A stretch of DNA of 64,000 bases, from assembly GCA_026395595.1 (NCBI GenBank), contig JAPLYL010000008.1, positions 56,417 through 120,416 of the forward strand, given 5' to 3'. The position numbers and the translations under genes were made by a program. The DNA is from Candidatus Parcubacteria bacterium. Its GTDB lineage: Bacteria > Patescibacteriota > Minisyncoccia > Phycocordibacterales > CAIJYI01. The notes under the pieces were generated by a model. It saw only the letters and a list, made by a program, of their open reading frames with translations, did no database searches and was not told where the DNA came from. This document shows, piece by piece, positions 56,068-64,000 of the stretch; position 1 is the stretch's first letter, and every line of letters begins with the position of its first letter.

Positions 56068-57264
56068 TTATTTTACATCCGACTCCAATACCCTTTTCAC
56101 CACCTTTCCCCATCGAGCGAGCGGTTCGTGTGTGAGTAGTGCAATGATCTCTTCTTTTTCGTATCCGGCATCCTCCATTTTTCTTACCGCACCTACACCG
56201 ATTGTAAGGGTTTCTTTGTATTCTTGGACAAGCGTTTTTTCTACAACTTCTTTTGTTAGAGCGCGGATATCATCGCTTGATTTTAGCCACAAATACTCCG
56301 CTTTTCTCGGTTCTTCGAGGAAATCATAAATGCCTCCCTCTTCTTTTGGCATGTTCAATTCAACAAGCGCCATGTCTTCGTGCCCGTCCTTGTAGTGTGC
56401 AATCATTTCATCTTTTGCAAAGGCTTCGGCATTTTTCCGGAACTGGCGGAAAAAATTTATGAGTATCTTTTCTTTTTCTTCCATCGTTTCCGCGTCAAGA
56501 AAACTTTGACGAACATTTCTGACGTTGATCGGGTCATTTGGATCAAGCAGGTCTTTATCGAAAAGGCTATTTATTGCATGCTGTTCTTCATGAATAAAAA
56601 TAACGGCGCTTTCTTCTTCTTTCGGATTTCTTCCGATTCCTGAATTGTTTTCAGCCATTACTACCCTACCAATTTCTGGATGAGACACGGAAAAAATATT
56701 TATTGCCTTGCATCCCATCGCTTCCGCTTTTTCCTCTTCGGTAAAATCCCGCTTTTTTCCGTGATGTCTTCTTTGGTTTGAATAAAAGACAGTTAAATAA
56801 TCTTTAAAATCATAACATTTAAAATATAACGATACGGGTCCCGTCACTAATTCCACTTTTCCTTTTGGCGCTTCAAAAAAGAGCTCTTTGTATAAATCAT
56901 TCGTATTCGGAAATTTTTGCCGGATATTTTCAATTCCTTTATACAAAAGACTATATCGGTCAAGAATTTTTGCAATCTCTTTTTTTTGTTGTTTATTCAT
57001 CCCAAACTCTGCGCCGAGTTCAACCGCCATGTCATAGAAATCTTCAATTTTTCCGTTCGGCTTATTACGAATCTCATCAATAAGAATATCCTGCACGCGA
57101 GCCAAACCTACTTGTTGAAAGGCCAGTTTTTCTTTAAATTCAGCAAGCTTCTGCTGTCGTTCTTCTTTTGGAGCTTTCAGAATCTCTCTGACCGCAATCT
57201 CAGGGTCAAAAACTTCCCCATATTTTATCGGTGGCTGTTCCATAACGAATTTTTCTTCTTGCAT
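56068..57264 (-). CDS. Hypothetical protein (398 aa)
   Basis: Long clean ORF. No motif recognised. Confidence 0.5.
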   Translation of the reverse strand: MQEEKFVMEQPPIKYGEVFDPEIAVREILKAPKEERQQKLAEFKEKLAFQQVGLARVQDILIDEIRNKPNGKIEDFYDMAVELGAEFGMNKQQKKEIAKILDRYSLLYKGIENIRQKFPNTNDLYKELFFEAPKGKVELVTGPVSLYFKCYDFKDYLTVFYSNQRRHHGKKRDFTEEEKAEAMGCKAINIFSVSHPEIGRVVMAENNSGIGRNPKEEESAVIFIHEEQHAINSLFDKDLLDPNDPINVRNVRQSFLDAETMEEKEKILINFFRQFRKNAEAFAKDEMIAHYKDGHEDMALVELNMPKEEGGIYDFLEEPRKAEYLWLKSSDDIRALTKEVVEKTLVQEYKETLTIGVGAVRKMEDAGYEKEEIIALLTHEPLARWGKVVKRVLESDVK

Positions 57265-57311
57265 AATACCCCCATTTTAGCATATTTTCCAAAGGTGTGC
57301 AGTCCGTCCGT

Positions 57312-57380
57312 TTAGAAATTAAAAATTGGAAATTAGAAATTAGAAATTAGAAATTTTTAGATTCGCCAAATATCAAAAAA
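57312..57380. repeat. Tandem GAAATTAG-type repeat array plus ccaaatatcaaaaaa (family member 2 of 3)
   Basis: ttagaaattaaaaattggaaattagaaattagaaattagaaattttt is the reverse complement of the arm at 2188..2217. The ccaaatatcaaaaaa box is shared with locus 1. Confidence 0.6.
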
Positions 57381-57416
57381 CAATGCGCTTTGTTTTACAC
57401 AAAGCGCATTGTTTTC
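57381..57416 (-). terminator. Terminator after secY
   Basis: caatgcgctttgt-tttaca-caaagcgcattg is a perfect 13-bp stem followed by a T-run on the minus strand. Confidence 0.6.
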
Positions 57417-57429
57417 AAGATTTAGTATT

Positions 57430-58728
57430 CTAGTACTCTCTCATGCTTATCTGCGAGTCCACTTTCTTAATCAAATCAAGAACGACGGAAACGACGATGA
57501 GGAGAGCGGTACCGCCGATGGCAAGAGACTGGATGCCGGTCAAGCTTCGCATAATGAGCGGTAAGACGGCGATGACCGCCAAGAAAGTAGCGCCGACCAG
57601 AGTAACGCGAGAAACGATTTTTTCAATGTATTCTGCCGTGGTCTGTCCCGGACGAACCCCCGGAATGAAAGCTCCGTTTTTCTGAAGATTGGTCGCGACC
57701 GATTCGGGTTCAAACGTGATTGCCGTATAGAAGAATGTGAAGACAAATACGAGCACGAAGTAAGATATGGAGTAGAGCCACTGATTCTGTACAAAATTGA
57801 GAAGTGCTTTAGAAATCTTCAAAAGAACTTCTTGTTTGGAGAGAACAAGAACACTGGCAATGACCTGAGGGAATACCAACATGGACAAAGCGAAGATAAT
57901 CGGAATGACTCCTGCCTGGTTGATACGGATAGGAAGATACGTGGAAATACCGCCGTATTGTCTGTTTCCTCGGACTTGTTTCGCATAGGTAATGGGAATA
58001 GGTCGTTCCGCTTCTGTGGCATATACCACTCCGGTAATAACAGCGATAGCGGCTGCAATAAAAGCGAGGGCGGTCGGAATAACTGAGGCATCAATAAAAG
58101 GAAATGACGAAGTCCCGTAGGCGGTCATAAATTGTCCGAATTGCGCAGGAAGAGCCACAACGATACCGGCAAAAATAAGTAAAGAAGTTCCGTTTCCTAC
58201 TCCGAATTCAGTCATAAGCTCTCCAATCCATGTCAAAAGCATCGCTCCTGCAATGATAACCATTACGTTGGTTGTCATCTGGAAAAAAGAAAGGGGTGCG
58301 AGAATCTGCTGTTTTTCAAGAAGCGTCAAAAGGGCGTAACCCTGAAGTGCTCCGAGAGGAACAGTAAGGAGTCGTCCGTATTGAGTAAATTTCTTTCGTC
58401 CGATTTCCCCTTCTTCGTGATACATCGCTTTCAGTTTCGGGGACATAACCGTTGAGAGCTGCATGATAATAGAACCCGTGATGTAGGGTCCGAGTCCGAG
58501 CATGACAATGGAAAGCTGATTCAGACCGCCTCCGGAAAATACATTTAAGAATCCCAAGAACTGAAAGTCAGTGAGAAGAGTACGAAGTCTGTCTGCGTTG
58601 ACTCCCGGAACAGGAATTGCAGAAAGAAGACGGAAGAGAAAGAATCCGAAGCCGACAAACAAAATGCGATTTCGCAGAATTCTGTCCTTAAAAACGAGTT
58701 CTATTTTCTCTAAAAAAACATTAAACAT
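57430..58728 (-). CDS. secY: Preprotein translocase subunit SecY
   Basis: Ten-TM topology with conserved SecY segments. Position after rplO. Confidence 0.9.
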   Translation of the reverse strand: MFNVFLEKIELVFKDRILRNRILFVGFGFFLFRLLSAIPVPGVNADRLRTLLTDFQFLGFLNVFSGGGLNQLSIVMLGLGPYITGSIIMQLSTVMSPKLKAMYHEEGEIGRKKFTQYGRLLTVPLGALQGYALLTLLEKQQILAPLSFFQMTTNVMVIIAGAMLLTWIGELMTEFGVGNGTSLLIFAGIVVALPAQFGQFMTAYGTSSFPFIDASVIPTALAFIAAAIAVITGVVYATEAERPIPITYAKQVRGNRQYGGISTYLPIRINQAGVIPIIFALSMLVFPQVIASVLVLSKQEVLLKISKALLNFVQNQWLYSISYFVLVFVFTFFYTAITFEPESVATNLQKNGAFIPGVRPGQTTAEYIEKIVSRVTLVGATFLAVIAVLPLIMRSLTGIQSLAIGGTALLIVVSVVLDLIKKVDSQISMREY

Positions 58729-58807
58729 AAAGATGGTGTGACAATGGTTATTTATTTACCTTGCGTACTCTGTTTGAATTTACCACTCGAGTCATATGAC
58801 ACAAATA

Positions 58808-58913
58808 ATTTCCAATATCCAATTTCAAATTTCAAATAAAATGTCCAATGTCTAAATACGGTTTCAACATTTAGATTTTCATTGGGAATTTGAAATTGGA
58901 TATTGGAAATTTT
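58808..58913. repeat. Intergenic inverted repeat of AATTTC/GAAATT units (family member 3 of 3) between rplO and secY
   Basis: aatttccaatatccaatttcaaatttcaaa ... gaatttgaaattggatattggaaatttt are reverse-complement arms around an about 45-bp spacer. Confidence 0.6.
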
Positions 58914-58976
58914 CAAAAATCAAGCCTCTCTCTTTCGCTCAAAATTCCCGCATAAAGCGAGAATTTGAAGAAACAT

Positions 58977-59441
58977 TTATTTTTCGGAAACGCTTCCTCC
59001 CGCTTTTTCAATTTTTGCTTTTGCGGAAGCAGAAACGGCAGAAGTTCTGAAACCAGTTAAGGCGAGTTTTTTAGTGAGTTCTCCAGTACCGAGGATTTTA
59101 ACAATCGGCATTTTCCCTTTTTGAGCTTTAATGACTTTTTTCTCCACTAAAGTAGCAAGGGTTACGGAAGCGCCTGCGTCAAAATTCTTTTCGAGAAGCG
59201 CAATGTTTACGATAACCGGTCTCAAATTAAGAGGAACGACTGATCGCGCACGGTTTTTACCGTATCCGCGTTTCTTCGGAAGTTTTTTGATGATATCGCG
59301 CATTTCAGGACGCATTCTGTGTCCGGCGCGAGCTTTCTGACCTTTGGTGCCTCGTCCGGAAGTTTTTCCGTGTACTCCTCCGCGTCCGACGCGTCGGGAT
59401 TCTTTATTGGGGTGCACCCTTTTAATGTTATGGATTTGCAT
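58977..59441 (-). CDS. rplO: 50S ribosomal protein L15
   Basis: MQIHNIKRV...RRVGRGG...GRG.KG signature. Confidence 0.9.
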   Translation of the reverse strand: MQIHNIKRVHPNKESRRVGRGGVHGKTSGRGTKGQKARAGHRMRPEMRDIIKKLPKKRGYGKNRARSVVPLNLRPVIVNIALLEKNFDAGASVTLATLVEKKVIKAQKGKMPIVKILGTGELTKKLALTGFRTSAVSASAKAKIEKAGGSVSEK

Positions 59442-59464
59442 GATAGTTTTTTATCTGGACTTTT

Positions 59465-60124
59465 TTATTCTTCAACAACAGGAACAATTTCCTCTACTTT
59501 AACTTCCGGAAGCTTCTCACCGCGAGGCAGAGAAAGCAGGGAAAGTGCGAGGATTGCCGCCTTTGCGTTGTTCAATTTATTCTTCGTTCCTGAACGGAGC
59601 TTTGCGGTAACGTTGGTAACACCGGCGAGGTCAAGAACGGAACGTACGGAACTTCCCGCAACAAGACCGCGTCCGGGAGCAGGCATGATAACCACGCGAG
59701 CGCTGGAATACTTGGCGGATGTCTCGTGAGGAACAGAACCTTCTTTGGTTCGGCGAACCGTAATCATATTCTTTTTCGCAGAAGTAACCGCTTTTTCAAT
59801 AGCGAGTGCGGTATCACCGGCTTTTCCGATTCCTACGCCGACTTTTCCTTTTTTATCTCCGGCCACAACAACAACGCTGAAGCTGAAACGACGTCCACCT
59901 GCGACCACACGGGCCACGCGTCTGATATCAATTATTTTTTGTGAGAACTCTGAAGCGAATTTCCCCTGAGGTCTTTTCCCTCCGGTTCCTCGAGATCCGC
60001 CTCGGTTAGGAGCTCCGGCACCACCGGTTCCACCCTGAGATTTTCCGTCTCTCTGACCAGGACCCTTTGTCCAAGGTCCCGGACGCTTCCCTTTTTGATT
60101 ATTTACTGGTGATTTTAGTTCCAT
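59465..60124 (-). CDS. rpsE: 30S ribosomal protein S5 with about 55-aa Gly/Arg/Lys-rich N-terminal extension
   Basis: Core IDIRRVARVVAGGRRFSFSVVVVAGD. Disordered N-terminal tail. Directly followed by rplO with no rpmD (L30). Confidence 0.9.
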   Translation of the reverse strand: MELKSPVNNQKGKRPGPWTKGPGQRDGKSQGGTGGAGAPNRGGSRGTGGKRPQGKFASEFSQKIIDIRRVARVVAGGRRFSFSVVVVAGDKKGKVGVGIGKAGDTALAIEKAVTSAKKNMITVRRTKEGSVPHETSAKYSSARVVIMPAPGRGLVAGSSVRSVLDLAGVTNVTAKLRSGTKNKLNNAKAAILALSLLSLPRGEKLPEVKVEEIVPVVEE

Positions 60125-60136
60125 GATGTATATAAA

Positions 60137-60487
60137 TTAGAAATCCAAACCGCCTTCTCTGGCGCCTTCCGCGACCGCTTTTACTCTTCCGGCATACAAG
60201 TATCCTCCGCGATCAAAAACAACCTTTGAGATATTTTTCTCCTTTGCTTTTTTAGCGAGTTCTACTCCTATAGTTTTTGAACTTTCAATTTTTCCTTTCT
60301 TCTTTCCTTTCAACTCCATATCAGAAGCGGAAACAAGCGTCTTGCCGGCTTCGTCGTCAATGATCTGAGCGTAAATGAATTTATTGGAACGAAAAATAGA
60401 AAGTCGCGGACGTTCTACGGTCCCCAACACTTTCGCGCGAACGCGAGCATGTCTTCTGTCTCTTTTTTGTGTTTTTATTGCCTTCAT
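60137..60487 (-). CDS. rplR: 50S ribosomal protein L18
   Basis: RHARVRAKV...[10 protein letters not shown] signature. Confidence 0.9.
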   Translation of the reverse strand: MKAIKTQKRDRRHARVRAKVLGTVERPRLSIFRSNKFIYAQIIDDEAGKTLVSASDMELKGKKKGKIESSKTIGVELAKKAKEKNISKVVFDRGGYLYAGRVKAVAEGAREGGLDF

Positions 60488-60491
60488 GATT

Positions 60492-61025
60492 TTATGCGGT
60501 TTTCTTTCCTTCTTTTCTCTTCACGACCTCGTTATCATAACGAATTCCTTTTCCTTTGTACGGTTCAGGTTTCTTTTTGGCTCTGACGAGGGCGGCAAAA
60601 GATCCGACATCCTCTTTGTTAATACCTGAAATGGTAATGTTATTTTTTTCTGCGGTTACCGTTAAAGAAGCGGGGATGGCGATATGTACCGGATGTGAAA
60701 AACCGAGGCTCATAACGAGCTCCTTTCCAACAACAGCAGATTTGAACCCGACTCCTTCAACAATCAATTTTTTAGAAAAAAGAGTATTGACACCCTGAAC
60801 CATATTTTTGATATGGGAAGCAACCGTACCCCAAAGGGCATGCGCAAAAATGGTATCATCTACCAATTGAACTTTAACTTCATTTCCATCCACAACGATA
60901 TCCACTCCTTTCGCGAAGCTTCTTGAAAGCTGGCCGAGCGGTCCTTTTACCGTTACCACGCCGTCTTTAAGAGAAACTTCCGTTTTTGCGGGGATTGCTA
61001 TGGGATTTTTTCCGATTCTTGACAT
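60492..61025 (-). CDS. rplF: 50S ribosomal protein L6
   Basis: [11 protein letters not shown]...GV..VKGP.G signature. Confidence 0.9.
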   Translation of the reverse strand: MSRIGKNPIAIPAKTEVSLKDGVVTVKGPLGQLSRSFAKGVDIVVDGNEVKVQLVDDTIFAHALWGTVASHIKNMVQGVNTLFSKKLIVEGVGFKSAVVGKELVMSLGFSHPVHIAIPASLTVTAEKNNITISGINKEDVGSFAALVRAKKKPEPYKGKGIRYDNEVVKRKEGKKTA

Positions 61026-61031
61026 ATATTT

Positions 61032-61427
61032 TTACCAAATCTTAAATAGTGCTTCTCCGCCGACCTTGATTTTTCTTGCCTCGTTTCCTGAAAGAATTCC
61101 TGTCGGAGTGGAAAGTACAAGAGTTCCATATCCGTGACGTATCGGTTTAATATCGGTTACCGCAAAATACATTCTGCGAGAAGGTTTTGAAAGGCGATCT
61201 GCTCCGCTGATGCGGTGTTTACCGTCGGCAGTATACAAAAGGCCGATTTCCATTGTTTTAACAACCTTCTTCCCTTTCTTTGCAACGGACTCAATGTAAC
61301 CATACTTAACAAGCGCGGTTGCAACGGCGTAGCGAAGTTTTGAATAAGGCAATACAATCGTACTTTTATGTACGGCTCCTGCATTCCTTATCTGGGCAAG
61401 CATGTCTCCTATAGGGTCTGTTACCAT
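61032..61427 (-). CDS. rpsH: 30S ribosomal protein S8
   Basis: [13 protein letters not shown]... signature. Confidence 0.9.
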   Translation of the reverse strand: MVTDPIGDMLAQIRNAGAVHKSTIVLPYSKLRYAVATALVKYGYIESVAKKGKKVVKTMEIGLLYTADGKHRISGADRLSKPSRRMYFAVTDIKPIRHGYGTLVLSTPTGILSGNEARKIKVGGEALFKIW

Positions 61428-61606
61428 GATGATTTTCTTACTCCGGGTACTTTACCTTCATTGGCAAGTTCTCGGAAACAAATACGGCAAATTCCAAAAT
61501 CGCGCATAAAAGCGTGCTTTCTTCCACAACGAAAACATCGATTAGAGATGCGTGTTGAGAATTTCGGTTTTTTAAGCGATCTTGCTACTACTGAAGTCTT
61601 TGCCAT
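61421..61606 (-). CDS. rpsN: 30S ribosomal protein S14 type Z (zinc-binding, 61 aa)
   Basis: MAKTSVVAR...CFRCGRK...CRICFRE. The ORF track extends upstream to 61699, but the real Met is MAKTSV. Confidence 0.85.
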   Translation of the reverse strand: MAKTSVVARSLKKPKFSTRISNRCFRCGRKHAFMRDFGICRICFRELANEGKVPGVRKSSW

Positions 61607-61767
61607 AATGCTCTTAATGTATAAATAATAGGTGTCTAAAAAATACTGCACTCTCAAGAAAGCATCTTCCTGAAAATCCAAGTGTTTCCATACTAGCAAG
61701 ACGAGCCAGTATTGTCAATAACCCATTATGATTAAAGCCTCTTTTTTCTCGCCGTTTCTGAAATATG

Positions 61768-61796
61768 TTGACATGTAAATCTTAAAGTGTTATAAT
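61768..61796 (+). promoter_or_regulatory. Consensus sigma70-type promoter (TTGACA-17 nt-TATAAT) for gene 61859
   Basis: ttgacatgtaaatcttaaagtgttataat is a perfect -35/-10 with a 17-nt spacer, about 60 nt upstream of the RBS aaaggagg. Confidence 0.6.
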
Positions 61797-61858
61797 CTAA
61801 CACGGCTTAGGCTTATACCGTACATTCACAATAATTTTCATTCAGAAAGGAGGTTCTC

Positions 61859-62341
61859 ATGCTTCAGTGGCTTGAGAAAGAAGCTTGCGGTAAACAGATG
61901 GTCTATTGCATCATTCGGTTTGCTTTGATTAGTTTTGTCTTGCAAATAGCAGCTTTTATCATCGCGGCACTATTCACAATAGACGTATCTTCGATGTCAA
62001 AAAATATGGTAATAATAACGAATTACCGCATATTTTATGTGATGATTATCCCCATAATTATGGAGGAAACAGTCTTTCGTCTCTTTCCTGTTTTTCTTGC
62101 AAAAAAACTAAAATTTTCAAAAAAAGAAATACTCGTTCTTGTCGCGATAAGTTCGGCGGTATTCGGATGCCTGCACGGCAATGCCTATAACATTTTCTTT
62201 CAGGGAGTATCGGGATTTCTCTTTTCTCTCTTGTTTCTAAAATGTGGCGGGTTACAGGAGCATTACGGAAAAGCCTTTGTTTCTTCAAGTGCATCCCACT
62301 ACCTGTTTAACTCTATCGTGAGTATTATGATTCTCTTATAA
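61859..62341 (+). CDS. Small CPBP-family (CAAX/Abi-like) membrane protein
   Basis: MEETVFRLFP (EExxxR) and FGCLHGNAYN (FxxxH). Four TM helices. Length is 160 aa. Confidence 0.55.
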   Translation: MLQWLEKEACGKQMVYCIIRFALISFVLQIAAFIIAALFTIDVSSMSKNMVIITNYRIFYVMIIPIIMEETVFRLFPVFLAKKLKFSKKEILVLVAISSAVFGCLHGNAYNIFFQGVSGFLFSLLFLKCGGLQEHYGKAFVSSSASHYLFNSIVSIMILL

Positions 62342-62483
62342 CAAGATTTTAAGATAAGCAAATCGGCATCAGTATTGATGCTGATTTTTTTTATAAAAAA
62401 AGCGCATAGCGCTTTTTTTGAAATGTGATAATGTTCAATTTCTTTCATTTTGGGATGAGATGCGAAGTCAAAACTTAAAAAAC

Positions 62484-62523
62484 AAAACGGGGCTGTACAA
62501 AAGTACTGCCCCGTTTTGTTTTT
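62484..62523 (-). terminator. Terminator after rpsG
   Basis: aaaacggggc...gccccgtttt is a 10-bp stem followed by a T-run on the minus strand. Confidence 0.6.
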
Positions 62524-62561
62524 TAAGTTTTGGCGAGTAGATCGCCCAAAATGAAAGAAAT

Positions 62562-63032
62562 TTACCAGCTGAAGTGTGCGAACGCTTTGTTGGAATCGGC
62601 CATTTTGTGGGTGTTGTCTCTCTTTTTGATAGCTTCTCCTTCGTTCTTACTGGCGCTGATCAATTCATCGGCGAGGCGGTTGGCCATCGGTGAACCTTTT
62701 TTACTGCGAGCGGCTCCCAAGATCCAGCGCATAGCGAGCGACAAACGGCGTTCAGCGCGGACTTCTCTCGGAACCTGATAGTTAGCTCCTCCGATTCGGC
62801 GTGAACGGACTTCCATGACCGGGCCGGCATTTTTCATTGCCATTTCAAAGACTTCAAGAGGGTCTTCGGTTTTTGCTTTTTCCTTTACGGCAAGCATGGC
62901 ATCGTTAACGACTTTTCGGGCCGTTTCTTTCTTTCCGTCATACATCAAGTAGTTGACGAATTTTTCAAGGCGTACCGATTTATAGGTCGTATCCGGCTTG
63001 ACGAGTCTTTTGTGTTTGAGTTTTCTTCGCAT
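62562..63032 (-). CDS. rpsG: 30S ribosomal protein S7
   Basis: MRRK...PD..Y.S..L.KF.N.LM.DGKK..A signature. Confidence 0.9.
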   Translation of the reverse strand: MRRKLKHKRLVKPDTTYKSVRLEKFVNYLMYDGKKETARKVVNDAMLAVKEKAKTEDPLEVFEMAMKNAGPVMEVRSRRIGGANYQVPREVRAERRLSLAMRWILGAARSKKGSPMANRLADELISASKNEGEAIKKRDNTHKMADSNKAFAHFSW

Positions 63033-63048
63033 GATAGCTTATTTTTTC

Positions 63049-63501
63049 TTATTTTTTCTTACCGCCTTTACCTTTTGGTTTAACGGCCGGGCCTTTCGGT
63101 GTTTTTGCGCCGTAGAGGCTGCGTCCTTTTCTTCGGTTTTCAACCCCGGAAGCATCCAAAACTCCTCTGACAATAGTATAGCGAACTCCAGTCAAGTCTT
63201 TCACGCGTCCACCGCGGAGCATAACGACGGAGTGTTCCTGGAGGTTGTGCTTCATTCCCGGAATGTAGGCGGTGACTTCCTGACCGTTCGTCAAACGAAC
63301 TCTGGCGATTTTTCGCAAAGCTGAGTTCGGTTTTTTCGGAGTCGTTGTTGAAACTCTGATACAAACTCCTCGTTTAAAAGGCGACGGTGAAAATGTCGGC
63401 TTGTTTTTGAGGGTATTGAAACTTCGCCCGAGAGCAACGGTTTTAACCTTCTTTGCGGAAGAAATTCTTCCTTTTTTTACTAGCTGTCTTATTGTTGGCA
63501 T
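63049..63501 (-). CDS. rpsL: 30S ribosomal protein S12 with Lys/Gly-rich C-terminal extension
   Basis: [12 protein letters not shown]...[10 protein letters not shown]. Tail [10 protein letters not shown]. Confidence 0.9.
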   Translation of the reverse strand: MPTIRQLVKKGRISSAKKVKTVALGRSFNTLKNKPTFSPSPFKRGVCIRVSTTTPKKPNSALRKIARVRLTNGQEVTAYIPGMKHNLQEHSVVMLRGGRVKDLTGVRYTIVRGVLDASGVENRRKGRSLYGAKTPKGPAVKPKGKGGKKK

Positions 63502-63558
63502 ATGTAGGGTGTATCGTAATATATTGTGAGGAAAAATGCAAGGGGTAGCCGAAAAATC

Positions 63559-63975
63559 TTACATTCCGGTGATAAGATGAAGAAAGAAGGCAACGAGATA
63601 GGAAATGACATCGCCCATAAAAAGAAGGAAAAAAGCGATAAAAATAAGCCAATATCGTTCCATAAACTCCTGAACGTATCGCATATGATACGGGAAAAAC
63701 GCAAAGAAAACACGGGAACCGTCCAAAGGGAAAATGGGGAGTAGGTTAACCACAGCCAAAGAAAGGTTAACGGTGACGATAATAAAGAGGATTTCCGCCG
63801 GAGCAGAACCAAGAGTGATTATTCCGCTTGCACCCAAACGAATGATTACGCCAAAAAAGACCGCGAGCAAGATATTAGACAACGGCCCTGCCACCGCAAC
63901 CTTCGCCTCGCCCCATCTTTGATCCCTTAAATTATATGGATTATACGGTACCGGTTTTGCCCAGCCGAACGGCAA
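63559..63975 (-). CDS. M50 family site-2 protease homolog, C-terminal part; gene probably continues past the window end
   Basis: NLLPIFPLDGSRV is the conserved M50 C-terminal motif. The HExxH region is expected upstream and is not in the window. Confidence 0.55.
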   Translation of the reverse strand: MPFGWAKPVPYNPYNLRDQRWGEAKVAVAGPLSNILLAVFFGVIIRLGASGIITLGSAPAEILFIIVTVNLSLAVVNLLPIFPLDGSRVFFAFFPYHMRYVQEFMERYWLIFIAFFLLFMGDVISYLVAFFLHLITGM

Positions 63976-64000
63976 AGCGCCGTTGGAAGCAAAATAGGTA

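Overview
The window looks like a low-GC, CPR/Patescibacteria-like bacterial genome segment (no L30 in the ribosomal cluster, type IV pilus genes without a secretin). That taxonomic call is an inference, not a database result.

Layout, left to right:
1. 136..9296: a type IV pilus/competence locus on the minus strand (pilM-pilN-pilO-unknown-pilB-response regulator-pilT-pilC, then a pilin), with comFC diverging from it.
2. 9340..11163: a large repeat-containing surface protein with a peptidoglycan-binding tail.
3. about 11.5-30.5 kb: an accessory island next to tRNA-Ser(GCU). It holds a large serine recombinase, a 1098-aa helicase fusion, an HTH-MTase-DUF262/HNH-zinc-hook ABC ATPase operon, an exonuclease-fused DinG-like helicase, two phage-type MTases with a TerS-like HTH protein, and a P-loop kinase cassette. 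It is bounded by 23-bp direct repeats and carries at least 7 copies of an RACCCGAGTR motif clustered at its two ends and just upstream of the recombinase gene.
4. 30.6-48.5 kb: housekeeping genes (ABC-F, two CPBP-family proteins, TerC, TipAS, a metallophosphoesterase, an ArsR-thioredoxin-permease operon, ALDH, MATE, PepN, PrmC).
5. about 48.9-49.6 kb: a compact IS200-like element with terminal inverted repeats.
6. 49.9-54.2 kb: recG followed by two tandem RelE/YafQ-DinJ toxin-antitoxin pairs, the first inside a segment flanked by a duplicated recG 3' end and a G9 tract.
7. 55.8-56.0 kb: a tRNA-Ile(UAU) sitting between 5' and 3' tRNA fragments.
8. 57.4-63.5 kb: a ribosomal cluster (secY, L15, S5, L18, L6, S8, S14, then S7, S12) in a non-canonical, split arrangement.

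The main novelty candidate is the MTase-DUF262/HNH-zinc-hook ABC ATPase operon inside the recombinase-bearing island, together with its boundary repeats.

Several structured, GC-rich non-coding regions and a family of GAAATT-rich inverted-repeat intergenic elements are also flagged. Non-ORF coordinates are approximate to within a few bases.
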